A DNA stretch of 32,000 nucleotides from Nostoc punctiforme PCC 73102 (lineage in GTDB: Bacteria; Cyanobacteriota; Cyanobacteriia; Cyanobacteriales; Nostocaceae). Shown in pieces: positions 1-9,370 of the stretch; within the stretch, counting starts at the first letter, position 1, and each line of letters opens with the position of its first letter. The notes under the pieces were generated by a model. It searched no databases and was not told the DNA's origin. It saw only the letters and a list, made by a program, of their open reading frames with translations. The stretch is taken from contig NC_010628.1 in NCBI RefSeq assembly GCF_000020025.1, forward strand, positions 7,800,001 to 7,832,000. Reading direction: 5' to 3'. Made by a program: the position numbers and the translations under genes.

Positions 1-1
1 G

Positions 2-505
2 GCTACACGCTTGCGCGAACGAGGTTACAGTGAAGCGGCATTTGAAATTTTGCAAGCTGGAGATCATTCAGATTTTCAGCGATCTGTTAGGGCAGATTAC
101 TTTCGTGATTTAATTCCGGTTTATACTTTTGCCACACTTCATGCTATTCAAGCAGAAGAGCGCTTACAATCTGGTTTCTGCATTTATTTTTTAGTATCGG
201 ATGGAAAAGTTAGCAATATTAACTGGACTGAACGCGCTCGTCAGCATTTGATTAATCCTGATTCAGACTCTCGTATTCATCCTTGCTTACTAGCTGTACT
301 ACGGGGCTTGCATTTTATTGAAGCTGAACGAGGTGTGTACAAAAGTCAACTTAGCCCAGTACTAGATCCATTTAGTTGGATATCGCCTAATACAGTTGAG
401 GAGGCTGGTGAAGTGAAAGTTCTCCACTCCCGCCGCAAAGGACAGGTATTACTTAATTATCGCGCTGTACTCACCTACGTTTCTCAAGTTCTGCACAGGA
501 AGTAA
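2..505 (+). CDS. Hypothetical protein, probably 5'-truncated by the window edge; first member of a coupled pair with the giant helicase-like ORF
   Basis: The frame is open from nt 2, with no stop before the listed TTG at 11. The stop TAA (503-505) overlaps the ATG (505-507) of the next ORF. I recognised no family motif. Confidence 0.5.
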   Translation, partial: ATRLRERGYSEAAFEILQAGDHSDFQRSVRADYFRDLIPVYTFATLHAIQAEERLQSGFCIYFLVSDGKVSNINWTERARQHLINPDSDSRIHPCLLAVLRGLHFIEAERGVYKSQLSPVLDPFSWISPNTVEEAGEVKVLHSRRKGQVLLNYRAVLTYVSQVLHRK

Positions 506-3500
506 TGGAATCATCCTTTCTACAACAAGCCTCTATTTGGGGGCAGATATTTGAAATTGCTGTTAAACGCGGTGTTTTACAACAGTTGATTCACAGAAAC
601 TTACTGTTGAACGATCATCCTGTTTTCCAGCTTTGGCAATCTCACAAAAATGCAGATGTCTCCCACCAACTGGTGAAAGCATTCAAAATAACAGATCCCA
701 ATCACAAAGAATGGGTAGAAACAATGCTGCGTCATCTGCTGGTACTTGGCTATGGTTTAGGTTGGACAACAATGCGTGAATGTCTCCACCACAGTCAAAT
801 TAAACAACCTAAACTAGAAGCAATTTGGTGTCCATTGACATTGCCAGGGCAGCAAATGCAACGAGATGAAGAAAAAGAAGAGACAGCAAAAGCATTTCAA
901 GAAACTTTCAATATACCAGGGAAACCAGATGAGAACTTAGTCAACCGAGGACAACCAGCCAGAGCCGATTTTATTTTATGGCTGTCCAACGAATTTAGTT
1001 CCCACAGAAACACAGATAAAGATGAAGTAATACCCTCTAAAGACTTTAAAAATGTCTTCTCCCAGCCAAATGATCTAAAGCACAAAAAAATTGAGAATTT
1101 AATTCTCTGTTTGGAATTTTCGTATAACGCACCCATCAAATTTGCAGATTTTAAAAATGAAGCTCCTCACACAGAAGAAATAAGTCGTTATGCACGTTAC
1201 ATGGAATCACGGGGGGTCTTCTCTAGAGTTTGTGCAGAGGTTGAGGGTGAAGAATTTTCTCTCTCTAAAAGGCTGGAAAGTTTTCTGTCAGCATTTAGCG
1301 GTCAAGATAAACCATTATTCAAGCTCTGTCAGTCATCATCTTATACTGAGCGCCTGATTCATGTGTTACGCAAGTGTAAACGCTTAGAAGGAAGTTGTCA
1401 TGCTAGAGCGATCGCTGTCACATCCAATGGTATTGAAAGTCTTGCTGCTCAATTCTGGGGTGTGGAATCTGAACCAGATACTAGAGCCAAGTTAATGAAA
1501 TCTTTGGGGCAAGCATATTGCAAGGCTAAACATTCAGATGATGATGTGCCGCTCGATCTAGATGCAGAAATTCTTTTGGTGTTCAAGAAGCTCTTAGGAG
1601 GACTACCGTCTGCTTTTAAAGAACAAGCAAAGTCTCTAGCTGAAAAACCGCCTTTAGGTCAATACTCCCACTTTCTCTTTCATGAAAATGTGACGGACTT
1701 TTACAACCCAATGGGTGAAATTAGCAAGGATGAGGCGATCGCATCTATTGAAGACCACAACGCATTACATGAGTTTTTTGGTAGCGACCCAGTTACACAA
1801 ATTGCTAATTTTGTCAATCAAATCAATCCTAACAAGGAAACAATTCCTCTGCGACAAGTACACGAAGCAGCAGTTTTTGTCGGTCTGAGTGCTGCTCAAG
1901 TCGGTAAAATTAACGTCCTAGCTTTGGAAGGAAATCCGGGTATTGGTAAAACTACTGCTGTGATTAAATTTCTTAAACAGCAGTCTCAAGGCTTCTTATT
2001 TTTTTATCTCAGTCCGCGAGTTGTAATTAATCGAGATGTTACTGACAAACTTGCTAGAGAAAACGAGCAACCCACAGGGATATTAACTATCACCAGTAAT
2101 AGAAATTTGATTGATGCAGTTCCCGAATGGTATAAAAAACAGGTTCAGCAAAACAATTTTCCACCCTATAGTATCGATAGTGCTGTTGTTGTTGATGGTA
2201 TTGAAAAACTCATACGTCCTCTTGGCAGTATCTTCTTCCTAACGCCAGAACAAGAACTTGATATTGATTGCAATATAGTCGGCTCGACTCGCTTTAAACG
2301 CCGTCTTAACGAAAGAGATTACAGCATAGAATCTCTTTACAGCCCTGGTGTATTGGGTACGATCGCAAAGTCAGCCCGCAAATTGCTAGAAGCCAACCCG
2401 CAGGTTAATCAGCTAGTAATGACTGCTGCTATTCAAGGTTATCGGACACTCAACGATCAATCAACCACAGTTAATGCCTTCAATAACTTATTTGCAAAAA
2501 AAGCCGATACTAAAGCTGGAAAGAATGAACGTTCAGCATTTGCAGCGCGGATTCCCACTATAGTTGTCATGGTAGATGAACTCGCTGGTGATGGTGCAGG
2601 AGCGCCCTTTGTCCGTAAGGTAGCAGAATGGTTGGAACAGCAATTTATTAAACCTTTTGATACAAATCGATCTCCGTTTAAAATTGTGCTAATTCTGGCT
2701 GATGCCTCACTCAGCAATGAAGTTGTATTGGATAGCTTTTTGAACTCAGGCGATCGCGCTCCTGATAAAGTACTAATAAGTCAGAGTCGAGGTGAAGCAG
2801 CGTTTCGGGTAACAGGCACTCATACAAAAATTGGCCCCAAAAAACACCCAACACTACACGTCATGACAAATAGCTACCCCGCCAGTAAACTCACTATTGA
2901 CTACAGTATTAGACTCTCTCCCATTAAACCAGGCCAAAACAGTGACGGTAGAGAGCAGACAATTAGACAAGCAATTCGAGAAAAATCAGAAGAAGAGTCA
3001 CTGACAAATGCCTACTTAGAAATTAAGGATGGTTTACACAAGGGAGTAGAGCAGTTAATTTTCTTTGCTCAGGATAAAGCTTTTCTACGTCAGTTACAGG
3101 AAAAATTGACCACTGGTAAAGAAGCTCTCCTAAAAAGGGGAGAGGTGGAGGTTTTGGATCAAAGTGTATCACCCGATCAGCGATTGAAATTAGTAAAGCC
3201 GCCACGACGAGATGAAGTTAGGGTTTTCCTCATGACTTCTTCAGGTGCAAGAGGTGTTTCTTTCCCAAAAACAGATTGCATTATTGCTGCAATCCCCCGA
3301 TTTAATATTGAAGCCGCTTTAATGGAAATAGCGCAATTAATTTACCGTGGTAGAGGAATGTATACAAATCCAGAAACCGGAATGGAGGTTTCTGGAGATA
3401 ACAAAGATAGACGGTTAGTTATGCTAATCAATGATTTCATCATTGAAAGAGAGGACATTGATGCCAAAAGACTATGGTTGCGTCAGTCCAGCGATTTATT

Positions 3501-4461
3501 GACTTTGCTGGTAATGCTGCGCTCTACAATTCATACTCGCATTAAAGGTGATGCAGGACTTAATAAAAATAGAATTGCATTTGTCCCAGTTGGCTCTGTT
3601 GGAGATGAAGAATTATTGCGTTTGATGTCTGATGATTTATTAGATTTATTGCGTGAAGCCAAAATTTTTATCAGCGATAGTCACCCTCAAGAAGCAAAAG
3701 CAATTGTGAAAAAAGCCGAGCAGTTAACTGCAAACATCTTTAAGCATTTTGACTTGAGAGGTCAATCATTAGAGAAAAATGCCAAATCTTATGCAAATTA
3801 TCAAACTTTACAAGCTTTGGTTAAAGCTGTTTCTAGAATTCAGAGTTCTTTATTGCCATCTTTAGATAGTGATGCGCTAGAGATACCTGATAGTCTAACT
3901 TGTATAGGCCCTTTCTGGATAGAAGATTGGAGTGATCGCCAAACTGAAGAAATATTTAGCTTTGAAGCATGGAAAGCTGATATTAAACAAAATAGCAGTC
4001 GTCTTTTAGGACTATTAAAAGAAATTGCCGAAAGCAAGAAGTTCAAATTTCCCTCAAAACTCAAACGCCCTGCCAACGAACTATATAAGTTATTGAGTCG
4101 GGAACAAGAAGGATTTGTTATTGAATCTTCCACACGTCAAGCATTGAAAACTAAAAATATAGTTGTAGGTTTACCCCTCGACTATCCCCATTTCTGGAAT
4201 GAGCAATCAGAAGATGATACCCGCCAACAAGTATTAGAAGATCCCCAAGCTTGGAGAAGTGCGCTAGGACGTTCTCTAACTCCTCAAGGCTTAATCATAC
4301 CTGTAGTACCTCACTATCGAACATTTCCTTGGGTAGCTGTGGCAGGTAGGCGGATTTTTACACAATTAGAAACAGTTTTTAGCGATCGCTACTTTATGGC
4401 ATCCAGTGAATTAAATCTTCTTAATACAATATTGCTTGAAGATGAAGCAGATAACAAATAG
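505..4461 (+). CDS. Large SF2 helicase-like P-loop NTPase (1318 aa) with unassigned N-terminal (about 450 aa) and C-terminal (about 360 aa) regions
   Basis: Motifs are in canonical order. Motif I / Walker A is GNPGIGKTT (nt 1930-1956). Motif Ia-like is FFYLSPRVV. Motif II is VVMVDELAG with D691-E692 (nt 2575-2580). Motif III-like is LILADASLS. Motif V-like is LMTSSGARGVSFP (nt 3232-3267). Motif VI-like is QLIYRGRG (nt 3334-3357). It is a single uninterrupted 3.96-kb ORF. Confidence 0.8.
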   Translation: MESSFLQQASIWGQIFEIAVKRGVLQQLIHRNLLLNDHPVFQLWQSHKNADVSHQLVKAFKITDPNHKEWVETMLRHLLVLGYGLGWTTMRECLHHSQIKQPKLEAIWCPLTLPGQQMQRDEEKEETAKAFQETFNIPGKPDENLVNRGQPARADFILWLSNEFSSHRNTDKDEVIPSKDFKNVFSQPNDLKHKKIENLILCLEFSYNAPIKFADFKNEAPHTEEISRYARYMESRGVFSRVCAEVEGEEFSLSKRLESFLSAFSGQDKPLFKLCQSSSYTERLIHVLRKCKRLEGSCHARAIAVTSNGIESLAAQFWGVESEPDTRAKLMKSLGQAYCKAKHSDDDVPLDLDAEILLVFKKLLGGLPSAFKEQAKSLAEKPPLGQYSHFLFHENVTDFYNPMGEISKDEAIASIEDHNALHEFFGSDPVTQIANFVNQINPNKETIPLRQVHEAAVFVGLSAAQVGKINVLALEGNPGIGKTTAVIKFLKQQSQGFLFFYLSPRVVINRDVTDKLARENEQPTGILTITSNRNLIDAVPEWYKKQVQQNNFPPYSIDSAVVVDGIEKLIRPLGSIFFLTPEQELDIDCNIVGSTRFKRRLNERDYSIESLYSPGVLGTIAKSARKLLEANPQVNQLVMTAAIQGYRTLNDQSTTVNAFNNLFAKKADTKAGKNERSAFAARIPTIVVMVDELAGDGAGAPFVRKVAEWLEQQFIKPFDTNRSPFKIVLILADASLSNEVVLDSFLNSGDRAPDKVLISQSRGEAAFRVTGTHTKIGPKKHPTLHVMTNSYPASKLTIDYSIRLSPIKPGQNSDGREQTIRQAIREKSEEESLTNAYLEIKDGLHKGVEQLIFFAQDKAFLRQLQEKLTTGKEALLKRGEVEVLDQSVSPDQRLKLVKPPRRDEVRVFLMTSSGARGVSFPKTDCIIAAIPRFNIEAALMEIAQLIYRGRGMYTNPETGMEVSGDNKDRRLVMLINDFIIEREDIDAKRLWLRQSSDLLTLLVMLRSTIHTRIKGDAGLNKNRIAFVPVGSVGDEELLRLMSDDLLDLLREAKIFISDSHPQEAKAIVKKAEQLTANIFKHFDLRGQSLEKNAKSYANYQTLQALVKAVSRIQSSLLPSLDSDALEIPDSLTCIGPFWIEDWSDRQTEEIFSFEAWKADIKQNSSRLLGLLKEIAESKKFKFPSKLKRPANELYKLLSREQEGFVIESSTRQALKTKNIVVGLPLDYPHFWNEQSEDDTRQQVLEDPQAWRSALGRSLTPQGLIIPVVPHYRTFPWVAVAGRRIFTQLETVFSDRYFMASSELNLLNTILLEDEADNK

Positions 4462-4865
4462 TTAATGTACGCTTAGGAATTACTTAGCGCAAAGTCAAAT
4501 TTTCAACCAAACTATAAGAGTAAAACACATATATACTATACTATGCAATCCTTTATTTGGAATAGAAGAAGCATAGGTATCTCGCCCGTCTTTTAACGGG
4601 CAAGATTCCCAAGCCATAAGCTGTCTCAAAACAGTATTGAATGGATATCGTAAATAATTGCTAGTTTTGAGTCGGGCGATTACACCAGAAATACAGTTAA
4701 CTTGATTAAAGATGGTTGAAAATTGTAAAACAATCAACCATCCATAGATCCAATCAATCCAAGTCAAAATCAAAGATAAATTCGGAATTACCTTGAAGTT
4801 TTGAGATTGACAAATTACCGATACATTAAAAGCTTTATAGCAGTTTCAACAACTACGGTTGACAG

Positions 4866-5132
4866 TTATCCAAAATTACAAAAATCATCTACGCGGATAT
4901 CCCGCCAAATATCAGAAATTTGCCAGCCGGAATTGCCAACAGATTGGACTATGGGATTATCGCGCAATGGAATGTAGTCGGGTTCTCTCGGCTCTGGAAT
5001 CGCTACTGGTTGCTCATCAACTACAGGGGGTGAAAAATTGACGGTATCAGCTTGAAGATTTTGGTCTTCAGCCTCTTGGATTTCCATCATTTTCTTCAGG
5101 GTCAGCGTGTCAGATTTTTTGATGATCTTCAT
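4866..5132 (-). CDS. Small hypothetical protein (88 aa, acidic and Pro-rich middle)
   Basis: ATG-initiated ORF in an otherwise low-coding gap. It competes with an overlapping + strand ORF (4859-5041). No recognisable motif. Confidence 0.3.
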   Translation of the reverse strand: MKIIKKSDTLTLKKMMEIQEAEDQNLQADTVNFSPPVVDEQPVAIPEPREPDYIPLRDNPIVQSVGNSGWQISDIWRDIRVDDFCNFG

Positions 5133-5469
5133 ATCTATTAATTAAAAGTTTTCATTCACTGAATATCAAAGTCATTAGCTGAAAAGTCAGATGACAACAG
5201 AGTTGTAAAAAGTCGTGGGTGAAATGAGTGTTAATAATTGCACGGAATAAACAAGATACACTAAATCTCTGGAAAATACGAGTCCCCTGCTGAGGAATTT
5301 CTTAATCGAGTGCAAATCTCTATTTTGGTACAGATGCCTTAGCATAATTTTGCACAAATGCTTTGAGCAATTTACACTACTGCTTTAGAGTAAGTCCAAG
5401 GCCGTTTTGTGTTTTAGACTCAATCAAGCCTGATAATAGAGGGTTAAGAGTTCTCGCTGTAAAGGAGCA

Positions 5470-6204
5470 TTGAGAAACTTGTCAGGTCATAAAGGAAAAA
5501 TCCTGGTAGTAGACGACGAAGCGAGCATACGTCGGATTTTAGAGACGCGTCTTTCCATGATTGGCTATGATGTCGTCACAGCTAGCGATGGTGAAGAAGC
5601 TTTGTCAACTTTTCGTGTATCCACTCCTGACTTAATAGTTTTGGATGTGATGATGCCAAAGCTCGATGGCTACGGTGTATGCCAAGAATTACGGAAAGAG
5701 TCAGATGTACCAATTATTATGCTTACAGCCTTGGGAAACGTAGCCGATAGGATTACTGGGCTAGAGTTAGGTGCTGATGACTACATGACAAAGCCTTTCT
5801 CTCCCAAGGAGTTAGAAGCTCGGATTGCCTGCATACTAAGGCGATGCTTCCATAAAACTAGTGTCAATACCACTCCTAATTCCACGATAATTCGTGTGGG
5901 CAATCTCAAAATTGATACAAATAAGCGGCAAGTCTATAAAAACGAGCAACGCATTCGCCTGACAGGTGTGGAATTTAGCTTACTAGAGTTGTTGGTAAAC
6001 AATTCTGGAAAAGTTTTTTCCCGATTAGAAATGTTGCAGCTATTGTGGGGTTGCGTACCAGGACTTCATTTAGACACCCGTGTAGTAGATGTGCATATCT
6101 CCCGATTGCGGACAAAGGTAGAAGATGACCCCAACTTACCAGAGTTGATTATCACAGCAAGAGGTAGTGGTTATTTTTTCCCACGAATTATTGAATCACA
6201 GTAG
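5470..6204 (+). CDS. OmpR-family response regulator, RpaB/Ycf27-like
   Basis: The receiver domain (ILVVDDEASIRRILETRLSMIGY, DVMMPKLDGYGVCQELRKESDVPIIMLTAL, ITGLELGADDY) is near-identical in blocks to RpaB as I recall it. The C-terminal winged helix has TRVVDVHISRLR. AAGGAG lies 4 nt upstream of the TTG start. Confidence 0.85.
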   Translation: MRNLSGHKGKILVVDDEASIRRILETRLSMIGYDVVTASDGEEALSTFRVSTPDLIVLDVMMPKLDGYGVCQELRKESDVPIIMLTALGNVADRITGLELGADDYMTKPFSPKELEARIACILRRCFHKTSVNTTPNSTIIRVGNLKIDTNKRQVYKNEQRIRLTGVEFSLLELLVNNSGKVFSRLEMLQLLWGCVPGLHLDTRVVDVHISRLRTKVEDDPNLPELIITARGSGYFFPRIIESQ

Positions 6205-6358
6205 GAGGAAATTGAAGAAGAATTCCAAATCCAGAAATAAGTGCTTGATTTAGCTACTACCCAAAACAAACCATTAGATAGATGAAGAATTAGTCAGATG
6301 ATGATACTTTCAGATGATGAAAAGTCAGTAATAACTCCATTGTAAAAAAGTAGCTATT

Positions 6359-6997
6359 ATGATCGTTGTCCATCATCTTAACAACTCGCGATCGCAGCGC
6401 GTGCTATGGCTGCTTGAAGAATTAGGGATTGATTATGAAATTAAGTTCTACGAACGCGACCAGAAGACGATGCTTGCACCAGCATCCCTGCGTGAAGTCC
6501 ATCCCCTCGGCAAGTCACCAGTAATCACTGATGCAGAAAATACTGTTGCTGAGTCGGGCGCTATCATTGAATACATCGTCGATCGCTACGGTAATGGTCA
6601 GCTAATCCCGCTATCTGGTACGCCAGAGCGTCTGCGCTACACTTATTGGCTGCATTATGCCGAAGGCTCTGCAATGCCACCTCTGGTAATGAATCTTCTC
6701 TTTAACCGTTTTGGTACAGGAGACAGCGTAAACGAAGGATTTATCGCACCCCAAATTAAGCTTCACTTTGACTATATAGAAGGTGAACTTCGCAAAAGTA
6801 CATGGTTCGTAGGCGAAGAATTCACCGCCGCCGATATCCAAATGAGCTTTCCTTTGGAAATAGTCGCTATGGAAGCCGAACTCATCTCAAGCCGACCGAA
6901 AATTAAACAATTTATCGAGCGCATCCATACGCGGCTTGCTTACAAACGCGCTCTTGAACGCGGGGGCAGATACGACTTCGCCAATAGCATTCAATAA
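6359..6997 (+). CDS. Glutathione S-transferase family protein
   Basis: N-terminal thioredoxin-like GST signature: SRSQRVLWLLEELGIDYE, HPLGKSPVI, ESGAIIEYI. Confidence 0.85.
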   Translation: MIVVHHLNNSRSQRVLWLLEELGIDYEIKFYERDQKTMLAPASLREVHPLGKSPVITDAENTVAESGAIIEYIVDRYGNGQLIPLSGTPERLRYTYWLHYAEGSAMPPLVMNLLFNRFGTGDSVNEGFIAPQIKLHFDYIEGELRKSTWFVGEEFTAADIQMSFPLEIVAMEAELISSRPKIKQFIERIHTRLAYKRALERGGRYDFANSIQ

Positions 6998-7350
6998 TTC
7001 TTGTACCAATTTCAAATAATTAGAAACTGGTTAATGTTGCATTTATAACATCATCAGTCCCATCTTCTTGTAATTAAGTAGAAGTTGCCAGGAGCTTCTG
7101 GAGTTATTTTCAGAAGTTAGATGAAAGACAGCCATCCCCAATTCCACAAATCCTGCTGAAGCCGCAACAGCTTTTACATTTATAGGCATTAACTAGCAGT
7201 TTCTGCAATCAATGCCGTAGTTCCTTGAACGTCCGGTAGATTGGTAAAGATTGTGGTATCATTGCACCACAATGATACCGTAATTTTGTCTAGATATAGA
7301 ATTCTATCGCTCTGCCAACGGTAGATTATTTCTGAAAGGAGTTTGCTGCA

Positions 7351-8220
7351 ATGTCCACAACACCAACTACTCGACTAATTTTGGAGACTTTACTCCCCCA
7401 TCTGAAAGTAGCAGCAGCTTATGCCCATTTTCTTCAACCAAAAATTGCTGCACTTCCCGCCAAAGGAGAAGGAAACAACTTTTTTAGTGCTGCACTTACT
7501 GATGCGGATGTGGCTATTCAAAATCTAGTAGAAGTAGTATTACTGGGCACTTTTCCAGATATTCGCTTTTATGGAGAAGAGTATGCAAGTTCTAACAACA
7601 CAAAGTATTTTCGTGCTACCGAACTCGGTTCAAAAGGTGATTACTTAGTCACACTCGACCCCATCGATGGTACAAAGTTTTACATGGATGGACATTCTAA
7701 TTACCAAATTATTCTCAGTATTCTAAATTCAGATGATTTTGAAGCCGTAATCGCCATTTCTCCTGCCCAAAACATTTATTTTTATGCCCTTCGAGGTGAA
7801 GGTGCTTTTAAAGGGACTCTGGAGATGAGCTTAGAAGCCTGTGCCCCATTACATATAACATCTGCCAAACCTGCTATTTTGTTGGGATGGGCAATGAATT
7901 CTATTGGACATTTACTAAAAGATCGATATCAAGTAATCGATATAGCGGCTGATTACTCTAGTGATATTCAAATCCCTAATCTTAATGGTATTCTCACTGG
8001 TGACTTGAGTGGAGCAGTGATTAAATCGGGTAAATTTATTGATGTTGCTGCACTCGCTTTTATTGTGAAAGAGGCTGGTTGGATTGTAACTACTCTGGAT
8101 GGTTCGACTTTACCGCCACTGCATACTTGCCAAAACTATAGCCTGCCTGGATTGGTAATAGCTACCTCAAAATCTGTTCATCAAGATTTACTGAAAGCTG
8201 TGCAAAGCCTAGCTGTTTGA
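7351..8220 (+). CDS. Inositol monophosphatase / FBPase-family phosphatase
   Basis: LDPIDGTKFY metal-binding motif, plus a C-terminal D-x-AA...EAG block (FIDVAALAFIVKEAG). Confidence 0.75.
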   Translation: MSTTPTTRLILETLLPHLKVAAAYAHFLQPKIAALPAKGEGNNFFSAALTDADVAIQNLVEVVLLGTFPDIRFYGEEYASSNNTKYFRATELGSKGDYLVTLDPIDGTKFYMDGHSNYQIILSILNSDDFEAVIAISPAQNIYFYALRGEGAFKGTLEMSLEACAPLHITSAKPAILLGWAMNSIGHLLKDRYQVIDIAADYSSDIQIPNLNGILTGDLSGAVIKSGKFIDVAALAFIVKEAGWIVTTLDGSTLPPLHTCQNYSLPGLVIATSKSVHQDLLKAVQSLAV

Positions 8221-8264
8221 GGGTAAATAAGTAGTTAATTATTTGCTAACTATCCCTAAACAAA

Positions 8265-9242
8265 ATGAAAATCTGTATTGTTGGCGCAGGTGCAATCGGT
8301 GGATATTTAGGGGCAAAACTGGCACTGGCAGGTGAAGCAGTGACGCTAATTGCACGTGGTTCCCATTTAGAGGCGATTCAAAAAAATGGGCTGAAGTTGC
8401 TCATGGCAGACGGTTCTAGCCAAATTGCTACTCCGTTGGCAACTAGTAATATTCAGGAAGCGGGGCCACAAGATGTAGTAATTCTAACTGTAAAGGCTCA
8501 CAGTGTGCCTGCGATCGCACCCTTTCTCCCTGCACTATACGATTCTCACACAATGGTGGTGACAGCCCAAAATGGCGTTCCTTGGTGGTACTTTCGTCAA
8601 CATGGCAGTGAGTATGAAGGTACGCGGATTCAATCTGTCGATCCAGATGGGATTATTGAAGCTAGTATCGGTGCTGAACGTGTTATTGGTTGTGTGGTTT
8701 ATCCGGCAACTGAGATAGTTGAACCAGGTGTAATTAAGCATATTGAAGGCGATCGCTTTACTCTCGGTGAAATCGATGGTAGTAAAACAGAACGCATCCA
8801 ATTATTAGCACAGACTTTAAAACACGCAGGATTCAAAGCACCAATCCGCAATCAGATTCGCACGGAAATTTGGATTAAGTTGTGGGGGAATGTGGCGTTT
8901 AATCCCATCAGTGCTTTAACTGGTGCGACTTTAGAGGATATTTGCCGCTATCCCCTTACGCGTGAACTAGCGCGGCTTATGATGAGTGAAACTCAAGCGA
9001 TCGCAGAAAATTTAGGTATAAAGTTTGGCATTACTTTAGAACAGCGAATTAATGGGGCAGAAAACGTTGGTGCCCATAAAACCTCGATGTTACAAGATAT
9101 TGAAGCCGCACGCGCTACGGAGATAGACGCTATTGTTGGCGCGGTGGCAGAATTGGGAAAACTGACTCAAATTCCCACGCCTTATATTGATGCTATTTAT
9201 GCCAGCGTTAAGTTGCTAGAGGCGACTAAAGTGGGAATTTGA
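8265..9242 (+). CDS. panE: 2-dehydropantoate 2-reductase (ketopantoate reductase)
   Basis: N-terminal Rossmann motif KICIVGAGAIGGYLG. ApbA/PanE-type length, with a C-terminal block (KTSMLQDIEA...TEIDAI) typical of the family. Confidence 0.8.
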   Translation: MKICIVGAGAIGGYLGAKLALAGEAVTLIARGSHLEAIQKNGLKLLMADGSSQIATPLATSNIQEAGPQDVVILTVKAHSVPAIAPFLPALYDSHTMVVTAQNGVPWWYFRQHGSEYEGTRIQSVDPDGIIEASIGAERVIGCVVYPATEIVEPGVIKHIEGDRFTLGEIDGSKTERIQLLAQTLKHAGFKAPIRNQIRTEIWIKLWGNVAFNPISALTGATLEDICRYPLTRELARLMMSETQAIAENLGIKFGITLEQRINGAENVGAHKTSMLQDIEAARATEIDAIVGAVAELGKLTQIPTPYIDAIYASVKLLEATKVGI

Positions 9243-9243
9243 C

Positions 9244-9273
9244 GAACCACAGAGACGCAGAGAACACAGAGAG
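9244..9273. repeat. Single arm of a dispersed short repeat (GAACCACAGAGACGCAGAGAACACAGAGAG)
   Basis: 24 of 27 positions match the right arm of the hairpin repeat at 11710-11736. It sits immediately after the panE stop. Confidence 0.6.
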
Positions 9274-9370
9274 ATGATAAATAGAGAGGATTTTTGCATC
9301 AGTTGTGGGATATTTTTTTATTTGGAATTCTCTTAAGGTGCGGAATGTAAATTATAGAATTATCAAGTTC

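Noticed and set aside
961-1122. Possible PD-(D/E)xK nuclease motif in the helicase N-terminal region: RADFILW ... LILCLEFSY
   Set aside because: The Asp-to-Glu spacing is about 49 residues, the expected Lys after E-x is Ser, and I cannot verify secondary structure. This is too weak to call without structure prediction.
897-4133. Antisense ORFs inside the helicase gene: 897-1139, 2457-2717, 3023-3205 and 3840-4133, all on the minus strand
   Set aside because: They are fully embedded opposite a long ORF with clear helicase motifs. They have no motifs and low-complexity composition, so they are typical shadow ORFs. The same reasoning applies to the other embedded antisense ORFs in the track, for example 6611-6841, 8535-8801, 10099-10347, 11013-11356, 14880-15440, 17238-18012, 19592-19795, 21387-21620, 23067-23330, 26056-26253 and 30167-30444.
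4495-4773. 92-aa minus-strand ORF downstream of the helicase gene
   Set aside because: It is TTG-initiated, has no recognisable motif and an odd composition, and spans a short hairpin. It is more likely non-coding or a decayed fragment.
5330-5400. Possible RpaB HLR1 box (TTTACACT..) upstream of the RpaB-like gene, suggesting autoregulation
   Set aside because: Only one imperfect half-site is present and there is no second direct repeat at the 2-nt spacing. That is indistinguishable from chance.
5181-6327. Shared 11-mer TGAAAAGTCAG on both sides of the response-regulator gene, plus TCAGATGATGA twice at about 6294-6320
   Set aside because: By rough expectation, 11-nt matches occur by chance many times in 32 kb, and the similarity does not extend.
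7255-7279. Perfect 10-bp hairpin GGTATCATTG-CACCA-CAATGATACC upstream of the IMPase-family gene
   Set aside because: It lies about 260 nt after the GST stop and is followed only by a weak UAAUUUUGU tract. It could be a terminator or a 5' UTR element, but nothing in the sequence decides which.
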